From contig SHYQ01000003.1 in the NCBI GenBank assembly GCA_009692765.1, forward strand, positions 1 through 50,335: DNA of 50,335 bases, in the 5' to 3' direction. Source of the DNA: Dehalococcoidia bacterium. Its GTDB lineage: Bacteria; Chloroflexota; Dehalococcoidia; UBA2979. The notes beneath the pieces were generated by a model, which did no database searches, was not told the DNA's origin, and was given only the letters and a program-made list of their open reading frames with translations. Shown piece by piece: positions 49,042 through 50,335 of this stretch. Position numbers and translations under genes: made by a program. Each line of letters opens with the position of its first letter. The first letter of the stretch is position 1.

Positions 49042-50088
49042 GTGATCGAGCCTGCCACCGGCAGCGATCGCTCGATCGTCCGCATCATGGGCATCGTGAT
49101 CGCCGTGGTGGTGGTCGCCACGCTCTCGGCGGCGGGCGCGGTGCTGCTCGCGCGGAAGAGCGGCGTCAACATCACGCTACCCACCCGCGCCACCGCGAGG
49201 CCCGCGCCCGCGCTCTCGCTGCGCCGCGCGATCGAACTACGCGCGGGGGCCGCGCCGGATACGGCCATCGTCACGCGCCTGGCGGCGGGGACCGGCGTGC
49301 ACGTCCTCGGTCGCTCGATCGACGCGACCTGGCTGGTCGTCGGGCTGACCGGCGCGCCGGACGTCGTCGGCTGGGTGCCCGCCGACGCCGTGGAAGGGGT
49401 GAGGGACGCGAACCGGCTCGTGGTGATCGCGGACGCACGCACCGTGACCGCGGCGCCCAACGCCGGCGCAGCCCAGCCGCGCGACCTCCCCGACCTGCGC
49501 ATCGAGGCCGCCTCCAGCCGCAATAACCGCCTGATTGCCGTGATCATCAACGACGGCCCCGGCGACCTCCCCACGCCGATCCTCCTCGCCGTGAACGACG
49601 GCGCACCGGTCCGCATCGAGACGAAGGCCGGCGAGCCGCTGCGCGCGAAGGAGCGCGTGGAGGTCACGGTGCCCGGCGAGTACGTGCAGCTGAGGGCGCG
49701 CGTGTCGCTGCACGTGCAAACGGAGCCGGCGAGCCGCGAGGCCAACACCGCGAACAACGGCTGGAACGGCATCATCGAGCCGGACCGCCCGAACAACCTC
49801 GGGATCGCGCAGGCGGTCGCGGTCGGGCCGGAGCGGCGGCTGGTGGTGACGGTGCAGAACGACAGCCCGATCCCCATCCGCGGCACGCTGACTGTCACCG
49901 TGCGGGAGCGGCTCCCGAGCACCACGCTGCTGGGCCGCGACGTGCGCGAGGCGATGCTGGAGGCGGGGCGGACGCTGGACATTCCGTTCCCCGACATCCG
50001 CGATGTCGACCTGACGCGCATCGCGGTGCGACTCTCGAGCGACGCGATCCACGACGCCGTCCTCGCGGACGATTCGTACCCACGCTAG
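49042..50088 (+). CDS. Hypothetical membrane-anchored protein (SH3b-like plus Ig/CARDB-like domains)
   Basis: N-terminal TM; LRAGAAPDTAIV..L..G..V.VLGRS..ATWL.V...GWV resembles bacterial SH3; two PDL/NL..N.G repeats. Confidence 0.65.
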   Translation: MIEPATGSDRSIVRIMGIVIAVVVVATLSAAGAVLLARKSGVNITLPTRATARPAPALSLRRAIELRAGAAPDTAIVTRLAAGTGVHVLGRSIDATWLVVGLTGAPDVVGWVPADAVEGVRDANRLVVIADARTVTAAPNAGAAQPRDLPDLRIEAASSRNNRLIAVIINDGPGDLPTPILLAVNDGAPVRIETKAGEPLRAKERVEVTVPGEYVQLRARVSLHVQTEPASREANTANNGWNGIIEPDRPNNLGIAQAVAVGPERRLVVTVQNDSPIPIRGTLTVTVRERLPSTTLLGRDVREAMLEAGRTLDIPFPDIRDVDLTRIAVRLSSDAIHDAVLADDSYPR

Positions 50089-50089
50089 G

Positions 50090-50335
50090 TGTAGTGAGCA
50101 CAGAGGTTGGTGACAGCGGCCGGTGAATGAAGGGGACCCCCGGGAGAAGGTGTGGCTACCACAGTCGCACCAGGTTCCAAGAGGTCCTTCTTGCACGATA
50201 ACGCGAAGCTCACACCAGCGGGACGCCGCGTGCTCATCGGTCGCATCGCCTCGGGCCGACCCGTCGCCCACGTCGCCGCTGAGATGGGGGTGTCGCGCCA
50301 GACCGCCTACCGCTGGTGGCGGCGCTTCGTGGCCG
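50090..50335 (+). mobile_element. IS481-family insertion sequence, left end
   Basis: Starts TGTAGTGAGCACAGAGGTTGGTGACA; preceded by GCTAGG (NCTAGN); transposase begins at 50191. Confidence 0.85.
50191..50335 (+). CDS. IS481-family transposase, N-terminal leucine-zipper/HTH part (truncated by window edge)
   Basis: TTG start: (M)HDNAKLTPAGRRVLIGRIASGRPVAHVAAEMGVSRQTAYRWWRRF; not in the ORF track. Confidence 0.88.
   Translation, partial: MHDNAKLTPAGRRVLIGRIASGRPVAHVAAEMGVSRQTAYRWWRRFVA

Overview
High-GC (roughly 70%+ by eye) bacterial chromosome segment. It is most consistent with Chloroflexota class Dehalococcoidia, an inference from the Dehalococcoidia-type PurN and the kinase remnant. Most of it is housekeeping: lepA (partial), oppDF, three tRNAs, T-box/thrS, accC/BCCP, infC-rpmI-rplT, pheST, moeA/mobB, alaS-ruvX-mltG-aroE-aroC-aroKB, glmU, dprA-topA-xerC, aroQ-pepP-efp-xseAB-purN, rluB-cmk-plsC-glmS, ppdK and dgt. 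The window ends in the left end of an IS481-family element. The most unusual area is 11.7-14.8 kb. It holds an intact, host-codon-adapted CdnE-like CD-NTase (cGAS/DncV-like) homolog with a degenerate catalytic motif and no adjacent CBASS effector, a Ser/Thr kinase remnant, and three copies of a ~90-bp two-hairpin palindromic repeat; one copy supplies the pheT ribosome-binding site. Other oddities are a GlmU with a degenerate uridylyltransferase domain, an EF-P lacking the PGKG/PGRG loop, a PPDK whose phospho-His domain has foreign codon usage plus a Cys/His insertion, GGA repeats in the ppdK leader, two lipoprotein genes broken at short homopolymer runs, an unannotated 46-aa Cys-rich protein, and several leaderless-type starts. 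All family calls come from motif recognition by eye; no database search was run.
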